Of a DNA stretch of 64,000 bases, positions 12,811 through 27,800 are shown one piece after another; position 1 is the stretch's first letter, and every line of letters begins with the position of its first letter. The notes beneath the pieces are model-generated. The model was not told the origin of the DNA and ran no database searches. It was given only the letters and a program-made list of their open reading frames with translations. Source of the stretch: Balanoglossus misakiensis (lineage: Eukaryota; Animalia; Hemichordata); the NCBI GenBank assembly GCA_040954595.2, contig CM082597.2:7279849-7343848 (forward strand). The letters run 5' to 3'. Position numbers and translations under genes: made by a program.

Positions 12811-15800
12811 GTAAGGCCTTATATGACTTTTATTTATCAACTTTCACGAATTCTAGAATGGTAGGCATGCGTAATATTAAAATCCTTACATTTTCTGAGG
12901 TTATTCTGCAGGCGTCTCATTCGAATCTGTCAGATCTGTCTCTGCAAAGGCGATCTATCTGTAGGGATTCAACTGTCCGTAGGCAAGCACATGGCAAATA
13001 AGAATCGAACATTAAACGAAAACTCGTTGTCACAGATCAGATACAATTCGCACGGAAATGTTTACTTTGTCCAGTTGATCGAACTTTACCATGAACGTCA
13101 CTAAGCTTTGTAATTCTAAGATCAGCTGTTAGAGTCAAATTTTAGCGCAGTGATATGAGGACTTTCTTACGATATCTTTATAACCTAATATACTCTTATG
13201 TCACGGTTGGTTTGATAAATAAAGAACTACCTGACAGGTAGTTCTGCGAAAGTGTCGAGACCAATATCTGTAATGTAAATGCTTACCGAATACTCACAAG
13301 AAACTATAATTGACGCCAATGAACACAACATTCATTTCCAGAAACATCAATGTCACATATGATTCTGAAGAACATCACCTCAGCAGAAAACGAAGAGGGT
13401 TTTTCGACGGTCTTCAAGTCAAATTACAGTCACCTTCGTTGGAATGGACGAAAGAGATCGGTACCAGTGACGTTGGAGCGTCCATGGGTCTGATAATTAA
13501 AAACTCTTTCAATCTCGATATCAGTAAGTAGAACAAAACATGTACAACTGTGATAGAATTTCGGTTGTTGTCACTAAGTGTATTTTCGTATAGACAAGCA
13601 GCTGGATATGATAAGGCCAGATAAGGCCAAAAATAAAAAATATGTGCTGTTAAGATTACATGGTTTTCAAAAATAGGGAAGGTAGGTAGGGATAATTTTA
13701 TTTTGAGATTTTTTTTTATTTCTCTGGCTGCCAGTATTATGACCACACGTGATGCACGCACTTTTCAAAAATTATTTGACATCGTTATTTTTACTTCCAT
13801 GTATACGAAGCTCTAAAAAGTTTAGGGTCGGCGGGTTATAAATTAGGGTTACCCGTAGGTCGGGTAATCGGAACAGCACATATTTTTTTATTTGGCCTAA
13901 CAATTCATAACCAACTTATATAATGCTTACAACATTAGCAGAAAATAGTGCAAGGTAAGAGATGTCTATAGTGATATTTTGGTCCACTTCTAAAATATCA
14001 GTTTTTGTTAATTATATAGCTATGTTATAGGAAGCATTTGAATGACAGATTGTTATGCGCAGAAAAGATGCGCAGAACCTAAAACCTGTTCTCAGCCGGC
14101 AATATACTCTCAGCGCACGCGTATCCCCGGCCCGTAGCCCCTACCTACGGGCCATAGACTCTGTCAACCATGTAATATCACGTTTTTTTGCTATGTCACG
14201 TGGTACGGTCTCAGCCAATCAAGAGTGAAATGCAGCGTCAGGTGTAAAAACTATGTTTGTTGTTGACAGAACCTTTTGAGGGATCTATGAAGATAGACGT
14301 CTTGGACCACGCATACGCCAAAGGCCACATAGGATATATTAACTTCGAATTTAAGATGTTGGAAGCGAAAGTATGTTTCAAAGGGGAAGCCAGTTATTCC
14401 CTCAACATCCTGAAGGTATTTGTTACGTATATGTCACCTAATCACAATATAAGATTTCTTGCAAGATATTCCAAATTATCATTAAGGTTGGAATGAAAAA
14501 AAAAACTATTTTAAGGAATAATTATAACTCACATGCTGGAAAGGGGACCTTGCAATGTATTTCTTACAAAAACCTAAATTATGGACTAATGGAGAAAACA
14601 ATCTAATATTTCATGTTAATACTTTGCACCGTCCATAACAATAGCTATTACAACCTGTAATCTCCGTTTGTCCGTGTTTATACCCACCGTTCTGCTTGCA
14701 ATTTATCTGTAAGGAATTAATGGACGTGTAAACTGATAATACCTTTTTTTCTCTCACCTGGGAATTTAGGAATTTAGCTTTGAAAAAATCAAAACATTGG
14801 TCACACAATTTGATAAGGTCGTCGATAATGTCGTCGGCGCTATTCGAGACACAATGGCCAAGTTCGCCGAATTGCTGTCGCCAGAATCAATATCTTTCAG
14901 TAAGATATTTGATGCCTTCGTGAATGCCATCAAAGATCTTCCAAACCACGTGAAAAGTCTGGCATCAATAGTCCACGGCATTCTCAGAAGAATAGGCAAG
15001 TATATTGGCCTACCGGACTTCTTTTATGCTCTTCAAAACGTCATCTTCCGCATCACTGGGCTTTTTAATGCAGTCAGGAAAGACGTGATGGAACTTTATA
15101 ATGTAAGTTTTTTTCCGCTGTTCATTTCTATGATAATAGACAGACTGGGGCCAGCATGTAGAAATTGACAATAGCATTAAAAAAGTAAAGGGACAAAGTC
15201 TCCCTCTCTCTCGCTGCCCCTTTCCCATTAATTATGTTTGATACAAGACACAGTTCATGTTATTCTACATGTGGATATATAGTGAATCAATGTTTGACCA
15301 CACACAACTTCCATCCCACTTGTAGACACGAGAGTGAAAAACTCGTCAAAGTGAATAAAAAGTTTCTACCATTTATTCATTTTGAGCGAGTTTTTACTCT
15401 CTATCATACAAACGGGATGGAAGTTGTGCGTGGTTGAACGTTCTTTCACTATATACACTCATGAACATTAACATAAACTGTGTCTTGATCAAACATAATT
15501 AATGAAAAAATTAGGGCAGCGGGAGAGACATTGTCTCTTTAACGATCACGCCTGTGTGCCCTCTTAGTAAGCCATATCGTTGCTCTTTTGTGGTGTTGAA
15601 TGACACATGACAATGCCTGAAAATGTTCTTTGTTTATTGCAAATAACATAGGTTATACCATCTGGATTATAATCACAACATCCTTTCGCATGATCAGTAA
15701 GTCCATTGTGTAAACTCATTCTCAAATCGCCATTGATTTTTTTCCGTTTTCAGTCGATCAATGACGCAATCACGGTGACCTTTCCCTGGGTTGTAGAACA

Positions 15801-18800
15801 GATAACCGAAGCAATCGCTGCTGCTAAATCTGCCATGGAGCTGCTGTTCGAATCACCAGTTTCAGCAATCAAGGACATAGCACGGTTCATATTCAAGTGA
15901 GTGTTATATCACGCATTTCCAGCGGCAAGTGCAATGCGTAGGTGACATTAACTGAGCCCCCCCCCCCCCAACGGTACAGCTGTCTACCACAGCTAAGGTT
16001 ACACATGCAGATTGCATTACTTCACATAGTTATTGGTAAACGATTATACCCCTTTTATAAAGTAATTCCTGATTTAACCAAGGCTTGTAAGATGAGGAAA
16101 TCTGCAGTTGTACACCAAAGCATATATCCTTTTTCAGGATTAAAGGTGCAGTATCGAGTGTTCTGCATGCAAAGAGACGAATCCAAGACGCCTGTTTCTT
16201 CACCGAGGGAAACCGACCATATTGGTTTGACATGAAAGACGAGCTGACAGAAATTTGGGAAGACATTCTTGAAGTGAAAGACTCCATTAAGAATATTGGC
16301 AACTGGTCTGTGGACGGTGATAAAATCAGAGATTTTACTGGAGTACCTCAGGCAAGAGGCGACCACCGATACATTTTTCTGAAATTGGAAAAAAAGATTG
16401 AGTTGTGGATTTATGTAAAATAACACAATCTTTAGGCCATAATGCCAAGGATCTAGAAATCGCAAGCGTAACTTATGTAACTAAAGCTGTATGCATCTCC
16501 TTTAATCTAGGGTGCGGTTCAAGTCTATATTGTAGCGGATATTTTAGGAGTGTTTGATCTACTGAGTGGACCAATAGAAAGACTGAAAAAGCTGGCTGAG
16601 CCATTCCTTAAGACTTATGAAGCTGTGTCTCAAGTAATAGAAAATGTGAAGAGTGGATATGAGACAATCAAATACGGGTGGGTCAAGTTATTTATGTCCA
16701 TGTATGTATGTATGTATGTATGTATGTATGTATGTATGTATGTATGTATGTATGTATGTACCGGTATGTATGTATGTTTGTATTGGAAACCAATTTGAGT
16801 TTTATCTATATTTTCATGTTTTTTTTTATTTGAACTGCAATGACGGTCTGTCATTCCATGTTATTCGATTGATACAGGTACGAAAAAGCCAAATCATTTC
16901 TGAACAAAATCTTCGGCGGTAAGGGTGCCAAAAAGTTCCCCCGCAAAATTGCAGAAACAGACTGTGGGAGAGGATTCTATCCCACAACAAGGAAAGGAAT
17001 GCCACCTGGTATCGATTTGGAAATCAGAAATGGAAGAGTAGTAAGTATATAAATAAAGCTTTCCGTTGTAACCAGCATGTTGTAATTTTTGTCAGTTGTA
17101 AATATTCATAAATTTTCTGTGTACAAATGAAATGTGTATGCCTGTCGTTTATTAACAGCTCGTGTCGCCGTACACTGGAAATGTCACCCGAACAGGCTTC
17201 AACCAGATAACGATAGATGTTGAAGATGAACTGAAGAATACACAAATCATCATCAACCATGTCAGGCTCGACAATAAAAACAACAACCGAATGGTAAAAT
17301 TCACAAAAGCCTTTTCCGAACTAAACATTTCCAGGCGGTCTGTTAATTATTCGCTATATATAGCGGGCATGAAGACCTGCCTGTTATATAATTGGTGTTG
17401 CGTAAAGTTTTATGGAGAATACCTTTGCTCGTCCAAGCTAGACCACTATTTCCGATTAAGATGTATGCAAAGTCATCCCATGCACCACGCTGTTATGAGA
17501 CAGACAATGTGATTGCATGGAATAAATTATTAAAGGGACAAAGTCTCTCTCTCGCTGCCTTTTTTCCATTAATTATTTCGGTACAAGACACCGTTTTTGT
17601 TGATGTACATGTGGATATCTAGTGAATCAACATTCCACCACACACACATCTTCCATCTCGCGGGTAGACACAGAGTGAAACAACTCGCCAAAATGAATAA
17701 TCGGTCCTTGCCATTTATTCATTTTGGGCGAGTTTCTACTCTCATATCATACATGTAGGATGGAAGTTGTGTGTGGTTGAACGTTGATTCACTTTATATC
17801 CACATGTAGAGTAATATAAATGGCATCTTGTATCAAACATAAGGCAGCGAGAGAGAGAGACTTGTAACTTTAACAAACATAACCTAACTTTGAATATCGC
17901 TGTCTCATTATTTCCCACAAGGTGTTCAAAGGCAAGCAACTTGGCCGTGTGACACAGTCCGGTTGTACACCGAATGTAATACACCTGGCCATGAGAAAAA
18001 CAGGAACGACGTCGTATATGGATCCGACAAAATACATAGAAAAGAGGAAGATGCTATCACCCCCTTGGAAGCAATATTGTGATGAGTATTTACTAATATT
18101 GAAGGTAACATACGAAATACAATATGTAAAGTAATGTATGAATGTAATGTAATGTAACGTCAGTACATAGAAAATATGGTATGGACTGCAAATAGTGACA
18201 GAGGAGTGTAACATGTATTGTATTGTTTGGCGGCCTTTGAATTCACAACTGGATGAAAAACAGTATACTTATTAATGTATTTGTCCAACTGAACGAAATA
18301 TGGGTAGATTTTATTATTTTGTTAACGTTGCGGTACAACTTAGGGCCATTGTTCCTTCATAAATTTGAAACTTTACAGAATGCCGTCATAGCGGGACCAG
18401 CGTCCATTACAAGAGGACCGAAATCGAAGGACGAGAACCCCAAAAGAACAAAGAAGCCAAAAACTGGAAGTTTGCGCGTTCCATCCAGATCGAGGAGAGA
18501 TGTGCAAACTGTGGCACAGAGTGGAAGTTTGTTGGAGAGAGGAAAAGGTATATCTCCCCCGCTTTCAGTCTGGAGTCTGGTCCCCTGCCCCATTCCCACC
18601 GCTGGCATCCGTCTTGCTTATGATCACATGGTCTTTGTTTCATTATAACATGCGGGCAAGGTTTTTGGCCAAGATAGCGATAGCGGCCCGTACCTGACCC
18701 CTTCCCTTTTAGCGTAGCGCCAGACTATCCCGCTGTTACGTAGAATTATTTCTATATTTCGAATATTGCTATCAAGAATTATAGTCCAGGTCGAAATGTT

Positions 18801-21800
18801 GCAAATTATGACACCTGGCAAATTCAGTGAAAAGAAGACTGAATACATGTGGAATCCTGAAGGCATTTCGTTTCACTTTTATCAATTTTAACACCATGGT
18901 GTTTCAATGCAGCTATAGCTTCTTTGAGAACAACTGACTGAATATGACTGACTCCATGACTGATTGTTGACTAACTTACTGACTTAAGGTGGCATTGCAT
19001 GAAAAGTTGTGATTTTTGCCAAATTTTACTTTTTTACATAAATCGGTAGGCCTAATACTGACCCACAACCTGACTAATACGTCTTGGCGGAAATGGTGCA
19101 TAATCACCCCAAAATAGCACTTTTCTGAATGAGTTCACAGCTTAACAAATAGGTGTCAACAATGCAAATAGCCGTTTTTCTCAGTTTGCATTTTCGCTGC
19201 TCTTGACAACTTCGGACTAAAATAGCTTCGCCCTGCGTTGGCCGAATTTGCTCAAATTTTGACAGGGAATTGTGTATGACCCATCCAACAAAACGCTAGT
19301 TTTGTTTGTCGATAAAGTGTCCCTGGCGGGAATAAACTCTGATTCAATACAACTCACCGTGAATTTGATCAAATTTTCTGAAAATCTAACTTTTAAACGC
19401 TGTTACTCCTCAATGGAAGCAGATAACGCAAAACAAAATTAGCGTTTTTTTGCACGTGTACTCTAGTTTTGAATGACATATTAAGATGCATGATGCATGG
19501 TCAACTTTTTTACCTATTTTAAATTTCATGACATAATATCAAAAAATGTTTTTTTTTCACCCAAAATCGCCACCATTTCCGGGGATCAATAATATTTGCA
19601 ACTCAAACAAAAGTTCAAAAACTCAGCTTCCAGAATATATATAGTTTATGGGGGTTTTAACTTTTTCTTTGATGAGAAATAGGCCTCTGAAAAAGTCTCG
19701 ACGGTTTCATGCAGTGCCACCTTAATGACAGACCGACTGACGGTATACTGCAGGATCATTTAGAATCTGAACGACGATCGAACCCTACTTTTTCACTTGT
19801 AAAACATATATCACCATATAATTACATCCACGTAACATTTTCTTGTCAAACTAAGCCCACGAGTCAATGTATTTTACTGTTCAGGTTTACTCTCCAAACT
19901 TGGCTTATCCGGAATCGACGACAGGGGACCAATATTTGATCTGAATATCAAAGACATCACGCTGCGGAAAGTATTTGAATTCCTCGACGCTGCTGAACAA
20001 GAATCCACAATTGTGGAGCTAAATGCTGCCATGGAAGACCTGAAGGTAGGCCTATCCGTTTAAAAATACACCCCTCCCTAACACCCCAAATTCTTTAAAG
20101 CCCCGATGGCTGCCAATGATGTGCATTATTTTCATTATTTTATTTTCACACTTAGAATCCTTCCTTTAAATAGGCTAAGGATTCAACTGCCCATTGCAAG
20201 AGTTCACACAACTATCGTGGTATGCGCACATTAGAATCTCTACAAATTCAAAACAGTTGCCGTCTATCTACTTAGGATAAGGAGAAGATCGAAACATTTG
20301 ATCGTACTGTTTGAAAATTTGCCCATGGCGGCAGCCATTAATTGAGCCTTTATCAGTTTCACCTGAATGATAATTATCGCATTCAACAAGCCAAAGATCA
20401 CAGTCGACAATGCCTATGTATATACAAGTCTCGATCCACGTCATTGATGAATCGACAAAGAATAATTAGTATGGGTCTGGTGACCAATGTTTCAAATTAT
20501 TCTTGACCAGAAATTACTAACGTGGAGGGAGTTTCGCCGTCCAGAAACTCTTACCGATGATGAACTCCGTATCACGTCATCGGCCAGGGGAAAGAAGACG
20601 AGGTCTGAATCGAGGCCACTTCTGATCAAACACTTCAGGGAACCAGAAGAACGCAAGTTTCTTTATTTCAATAGTCTTGTCCGTCTTAGCATGGTGATAT
20701 ATTTTTAGCTTAAGGGCTGCTTCGTGAATTTTGATCGGTATCGCATCATATTCGAGTGAATGTGACCATGTGATATTTTTCGCACAGAACAGGGTATATT
20801 TGTCGCACAGAACAGCACTAACAGTAACATATATGCAGCTTCCTGACTTGAGCAAGGGAAGCTGTCAGGGATCCCCAATTGAAAACACATAATGAAAAAC
20901 AATTTACTTAATGAAAATACCAGGCAGCGAGCACATGAAACTCCATTTCTTCGTGCTACATAATCAGAGTGAGCAACGTATGGTGAAGTCATCGTCGCTA
21001 TTGAAAGGAAACTCCATCCAAACCTAGCCAGGACAGGCAGGTAGCCAGTAGGCAGACAGATAGATAGATAATGCGAAATACATATAAGCATACATGTTAT
21101 AACGATACTTTTATCTTGCCCATCTACAGGTTGCACTGATGAGCTATGGCGTTACATGCCGAACAACACCTTCTGTAACTTTGATTTGGACTGCAAAGGC
21201 GTCCACTGCGACATAGAAATAGAGTTCTTCTACTTTCCTGTTCACGTTCCGGTTGTTGTACGACTTGATTCATGTCAACTACAGCTGTTTGTAACTCTTG
21301 GTGAAAAGGAAACTACAGTGGATCTCGTTGAACTTTCATTTGGTGAGTATTATGACATCAAATCAGGTCAAATAATCATTGTCTTACATGGTAAGCAATT
21401 ACCAGGTCCAAGAAACAATTGAACGACAATTACTATACGTCGGTTTTAAAAGTTGCCTTGAACCACTTAAAGTAGTGGTACTAGATGTCCAGAATTGGTA
21501 CGACAGTGCCAGAACGTATCATGTCCACGAACGTCATCTTCTAATGTACACACCCCTTTTTGAATCTATACGATTCTATATGATTCGTGATATTGAGTTT
21601 GACACTGCCACGCCTTCAAAGACGCATGAGATTTACATTTCGCAATTACATCTACTGGTAATCAGTCATATTTTGTGGGCTTGTGTTCATAGTCTCAATT
21701 CAACCACAATATATTCTATTTACAGTTGCTGTGAAATGCGTGTCTTTTCAAGTGACCAATCGGCCGATTCTGAGGCAATTTAAATAATTATTTAAACACA

Positions 21801-24800
21801 ATTGCAAATACTTTCGAAACCAACAAATAATTCTGGGTAATACCATCTTACCCATTATTTCTAGGCGAGTCAGTTGAAGACTATGGTATTGCTCAAGACG
21901 GCATTGGAGTTGGTGTAGAAGGTATAGAGCTGTTCCAGTCCGTCCATGTGGCATATTCATTAAGTGCTAGGGTCCCTCAAAATGGTGGGTCTGCCTCGGG
22001 GATACCAGCAGAGGTTTGTTAATTGTATTTTAGTAAGATATCTTCTCGATGCCCCTTTTCCTGAGTTTTAAGGTACATGCATACGTTTCATGGTTGTTTT
22101 CTCAGAATATGTACTGACAGATTCTTCGTTCGAACGGAGCTATTTATTCGTCATCCTAGAACCTCAATTGAAGAAGTTATTTCATTTTCAAAGTAGTGCA
22201 TGACTTTCGCTTATCTTATAATTATATCTTATTGCATGCAGTCAACGTTAACTCGATAGTTCACGACTATTGGCTCTTTTTACTTGATCTGTTGCCCTAT
22301 CGGTGAAATAATTAATTCAAATAAATGTTCCATTCTTAAGTACCGGTATGTCCATAATCTGTCTATTCCATATACAATAATCTTAGAACTCGACGTCTAT
22401 GGTAGTACGCACTTCGGTAACAGAATTTTAGAAAATGACAATCCTCCAAACTTTCCATTTCTTTGCTATATTTTGGGGTGTGGGAAGTCTTTTTGAAAAC
22501 AAAGAAGAAATCTCCATATAGACTTTACACAGAGATTGACGGCCATTTCGCATTTGAGACAATTTTGCTCTGTCGTTCAAAATTTTGCGCGGTGACCCCC
22601 AGTTTACTTTCTCAATTTTAAGAGAAAATATCCTACAGTTGCCTTAAGCAAAGTATGATAGAAAGGCGCATTATACGTACATTAAATTGCAAATTCCATT
22701 TTGAAGTTATAGGATCCGGTGATTGCCTTATTCTCACACTCCTGGCACGCTGGGAGTGTGGGATCAGAGTATGAGAACAAATCGATCCCACAATCTCACT
22801 AAATCGAAAGCTGTATATGACGCGAGTGCTGATTGGTTGACAAAGCGTTCTTTTGCTAACGCGTACTTAATGCTATCCAATGGCGCGATGTGTATCATAG
22901 GGACAGAGACTACACCTGACCTGGGATCATATTTCTCACACTCGTTGGGGATATTCTGTCCCACACTCGCCTGCGGCTCGCGTGGGACAAAAATTCCCAA
23001 CTCGTATGAGAAATATGATCCCAGGTCCTTGGGAGTGTGAGATTCTATTATTCCATCTAAACCCATCCATCTGTTACTTTTCAGGTTGATCTGAAATTAG
23101 GCATCTGTTCTACTAAGACGGATACTTGTATGCCGTTTGTAACAGTCTTTAAAGATCTCTTGCTGGAAAGTGAATTGTGTGACAGTGTAGGTGACGACGA
23201 TGGCACCGAAGAAGGTGAGCGCCATTTTATTTGCTTTCTTAAATGTATTTTGTACAAAATAGATTCATTTTGTAGTTACAAATGTACTCGACATTGACAA
23301 TGAACATGACAGTAACAGCTTACACATGTCAACAGCGGAAATGCAATATTCTAATAGTGTAACTTTTCCGATATTCAGCAATGACATGATATGATATGAG
23401 ATGAGATGACATTATCTATCACATTTTGTTTGAAGTCAACTTATTGCACCATGCTACTGAACAAAACGACCAGGTAGCCACGGTGTAATGATATTGACCT
23501 CTGTCTCTCCAGGCATCGAAATTCAGGATATGTCCCTGAAGGAATTTGAAGAACAATTGAGCGTGGTAAACATGGACCAGCAGAAGATCACTTCATTAAT
23601 CAATGAAATACTGTTTGTGGTGCAGGCGAAGGTAATTTGACAATACTTCCGAGTACGATTTTCCTTGTCACTGGGTGGGTTGATTTTAATAAAACATGCA
23701 ATAAGTGTTATATGCCTAGAAAGGTGTCATTTAAACTCTAAATTAAACAACATTAACGCATTCAAAGTCTGAGTTCGATGCTTGAGCATTTCGTGTCCGA
23801 TTTGTAATCGTCGGAGACATAATTGTCAAATTTAATGCATATGACTTAATATCAATTCAGACTTATACCAGATTCTCGGAGAGATCGAATTACTAATCAC
23901 CAGAAAAGCTTCTAATCTGAGACCGTCGACACTCATTTCGCTAATTACAAGACAAGACAAGCTCAACATATAGATGTCCGATTCGCCTAAGAATTACACG
24001 CAAGAAGATATACGCAGGGCTGGTGTCACAGTGTTGTTATCATCACTAAGTCATATCAAACTACTGTTAACCTCCAGAGCAAATGTTTTAAATCATATCT
24101 TTTAGACCATTGAAGAAATCACAACTAAGCTACTTAATGATTTTGAAAACGAGTTCACCAGTTTTGACATCAAGCTATCTGGTACAATGGAGTTCGGTCC
24201 AAGAGATGTAAGATTTTTCGATCAAAAATTCACGTTCTTCGTGGGACCTGTGCCTTGTCACTTTGGTGAGTAATGTCCACAGATTTTTCTATCCAAGACT
24301 TTTCTCGCCTTATTTCTCTTTTAACGGGAAGCGGTCGTCGCGCCGCGTGGATATCCCCCTTGATAAGAATATGTCCTCCCAAACCAGCAGATACCTCCTG
24401 CAGTCGCCACGACCTACTATGATCTTCAGTTGCTGTCATGCCCAGTCTATTCTACGGTCGGCTGCTTCGTTCATTCTACGAATGATCTAATTTCAGGGAT
24501 TTGTGGAAAAATTGTAATGTTTATAAACAAAACAACGCGGCGCGACGACCCCTTCACTTTAAGGTAGATGACTACCAAGATGCAGTGCGTGATTTAAGCA
24601 ATAAAACACCCCCAGCCATGGTATACCACGAGATTTTGACCAGTTCACGACATATACGCACGAGCGATAGCGAGTGCGTATATGCAGTTGAACTGGTCAA
24701 AATCTCGTGGTATACCATGGCTGGGGGTGTTTTATTGCTATTATATTATGCCAGTATATTGAAACTTTGCATAAAACATTTTTAAAAGGCATTTTCTTTG

Positions 24801-27800
24801 ACTATGATATATGACTGTGGTATATGACTAATATATCACAGTCACGTGTCGTGTCGTGTCTCGACCAATAAAATAGCGTGATTTACACCATCAATATACT
24901 GGTATAATATAATATCACATTACAAAGTCTTAATGTAGAATGTTGAGAAAACTGTTGCAATAATGTCATTTGAATTTTTCACAAAAGGTCCAAAAAGAGG
25001 TCTATCATTAAATGATACAAAGAAAACACTGTAACCGTGTTTGATTTGTCGAAAGAGCTGTTCCGATATTTTCACCATATGAAAACGATGGCATAAGCAG
25101 TGCGAGAAAAGTGCTTACTCAGCATTTTCCACAATATTTAGGACCTCCTAACCGGAAAAATAGCATGACAACACCCTGTTTTTCTCTGTACTTGGGTATT
25201 TAATACCTATTGATAAACAATATATATGAAAATCTGGGAAATGACAATATCCTAACTTCTGAGTATAGTCATTGGACTTAAAGGAACGCGAATGGAACAG
25301 ACCTCTTTTCATACACCTTGCGTGTCGTCATTTATATGATATCATGGCTCAAGACGATCAGGCAGGACCCAATGGATACACATAGTATATTCTTTGAACC
25401 TAAAAGAATAAGTGACGCAGAAGATATTTGATAGTTCTTTTTTATGTGTGTGCGTTTCATTTTAGGATTTGGTGCCAGTGGTTCCTTTGGTGTTACATTG
25501 TCCGCCGAGCTGGCAATTTTAGCAATGAAAGTCAATGTGAGTTCAGATTTTCTGTTCTTCAATTCAGACTAATTTTCCAAACCTATAATCTGCAAGCCCA
25601 TGATATATTTTCATGATCGTAACAAAACGTGTAAAAGCCCCAATAGGAAGGCATATGTACCTGTCGTAGCATATATGTCTCGCCTGTATGTACTGATTCT
25701 AATAAAATCGAGCACAGTCCCTTTGACGCCTTTTCTTATGTTGCATTTCCTATAAGTAGTTTGATTGACTTAAAGGCACACATACATGCTGTAACTGTTG
25801 GTCTTAATTTCAGTATTCTGTTCTAAACAAAATTACTGAACACAGTTTCGAACAGTTACAGCTTATGGAGCTTTAAACACATTTTGCTACCTTACAGAAG
25901 TAGTATATTTCGTAGGTGTGGGCTGTGTGAGTTATATACCACGAAATCTGTATTGCATGTTTTTTTTGTGTAATTGCATTTAATTAGGCCAAACTTCGAC
26001 CCGACGTTGGTGCTGCTGGATATGGTTCTGTTGCGATTGGAATACCATTGTTTTATGCCGAGTTAGAGTTAAAAGGTTTCATCCTCACAACAGCATTTCC
26101 GACTCAAGCCGAAGTCACGTTCAGTTCTTTCCCGCTTGGCCTCAAGTAAGTTTGTTTATGTACAGACAGACTCGCTTCTACTGTTTATTGTTCGTTCAAC
26201 TATGAAACCCAGCGCCGACACATGGCGAGTCCCAAAGAACCTTCTCAACAACTTTAAGTCTCAGGCTTCAAGCAAATTTGTGATCCGTGTTGATTGACTT
26301 AAACGTTTCTAAATATGTGCGAGAAAAACAAGCCTATCCATTTTGAAAATCACATGACACACTACATATATAGCTAAAATAAATGTAACTTGGATTTCCG
26401 TTCAAACGGAAATAATTATCCTATACGTATTTATTTCTGGATCCGAACAATGTGTCTAAAAGGGTTAATTACGTTTTCTCCATCAATTAAGTTGGCACAC
26501 GTTTGTTAAACATGCTGAAGGGATTTTGTGTTCGTATACTGATGAATTGTATTTATTCCTGAAATGGTGCGACTATAACAGGAAATAAGAAATAATTATG
26601 CTGTCCCTCATATAATCGTCTTCATGTTGTTTATGAAACCGGGCGTCCAGAGCGTCGAAAATATTTTCCTTTACATTGTAAGCCTTCGTTGGTAATTACT
26701 CTAATATGATACATGAACGTGCATTTTAATGTGATTGGGCTCAAACAGGACCAGAATGGACCTTAAAATGATTCCACTCAGGCTAGAACTCAGAGCTAGG
26801 TGTGTCGCCGAGGTGCCGTTTTTCGGAATAAAATTTGTGTTGGTGGACTTCTTGATATGGAGCTTCACGACTAGAGAGATTGAAGTGAATATCTTCAACA
26901 AAGGGGATTTGGAACCAGATGACACGCCACCAGCGTTTGCTACAATTGCCATTCCTCAGGTAGAGTCTTCTTTCATGTTTTCTTCAAATGTTCATGATTC
27001 ACGAAAAGCAAGAAGATAATGTCGTAATATCAAATAGTACCGCATGACCCTATGCATGTCTTCTCAAAATTAAAGAGTGGACGGGGAGAACACTGGAGGC
27101 AATCCAGACCTCCCGTGCTTCTACTTTGTGTTTTTTCTGTCATGACATGACATGACAATTGACATGACATCATGACATGACATCATAGGCACGTGAAACC
27201 CCAGAATGTTGCATTGCACTTCACGAAATTCGATAGATACCGATTCATTCATAGACGCCATTTGCAATATCATTGCCCCAATCACGCAACGCCATAGTCG
27301 AGAAATTTCCGCCAAGGAAACGTGAGTTCTTGTGTAGATTGAGGTCAGTTGGGTCCAAATGTTCGTGGTGCTTGTCATAGCTTCAAATTGCACAGGTAAT
27401 CATTAGTGTCCTTTTCCGTTTGTGCTTAAGGCGAGTAAGCAAGCGTTGAGTCTGACTGTTCAGCAGTGTGTACGTAACAGCGTTGCAATATCACATTTTC
27501 CCAGAAAAAGCTAACCTCAAGACGTGCCATAACAGCAACCAATGAATGCACAGTACAGCAAATAGCGTACAGAGACGAGGTGGATCCCGCCTTTGAGTTG
27601 GCAGTGGCAGCAAACGATGATAAGAGTGAAGTCGACCTGACATATTGTGTTGGCACTTACAAGAGCGGATGTGATGTTCTCGACAATCAGGAAATGGGTG
27701 GACAGTCTGTGGTAATTGCCCAGGTAAATTTAAATTTTGGATTCCCCTAGATAAACATCCAACCAGTGCAATTCTTCATGCTACATAACACTAGCATTGT

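Noticed and set aside
13385-13430. RKRR-GFFDGL resembles a viral fusion-protein cleavage site plus fusion peptide
   Set aside because: The following residues (QVKLQSPSLEWTKE) are polar, and the exon is an in-phase part of an intron-rich host gene.
26749-27723. Possible boundary between two genes (LLT/M23 gene and FN3 gene)
   Set aside because: No stop codon or signal peptide here. Exon 26749-26959 already ends with the first D.TPP linker and splices in phase to 27505.
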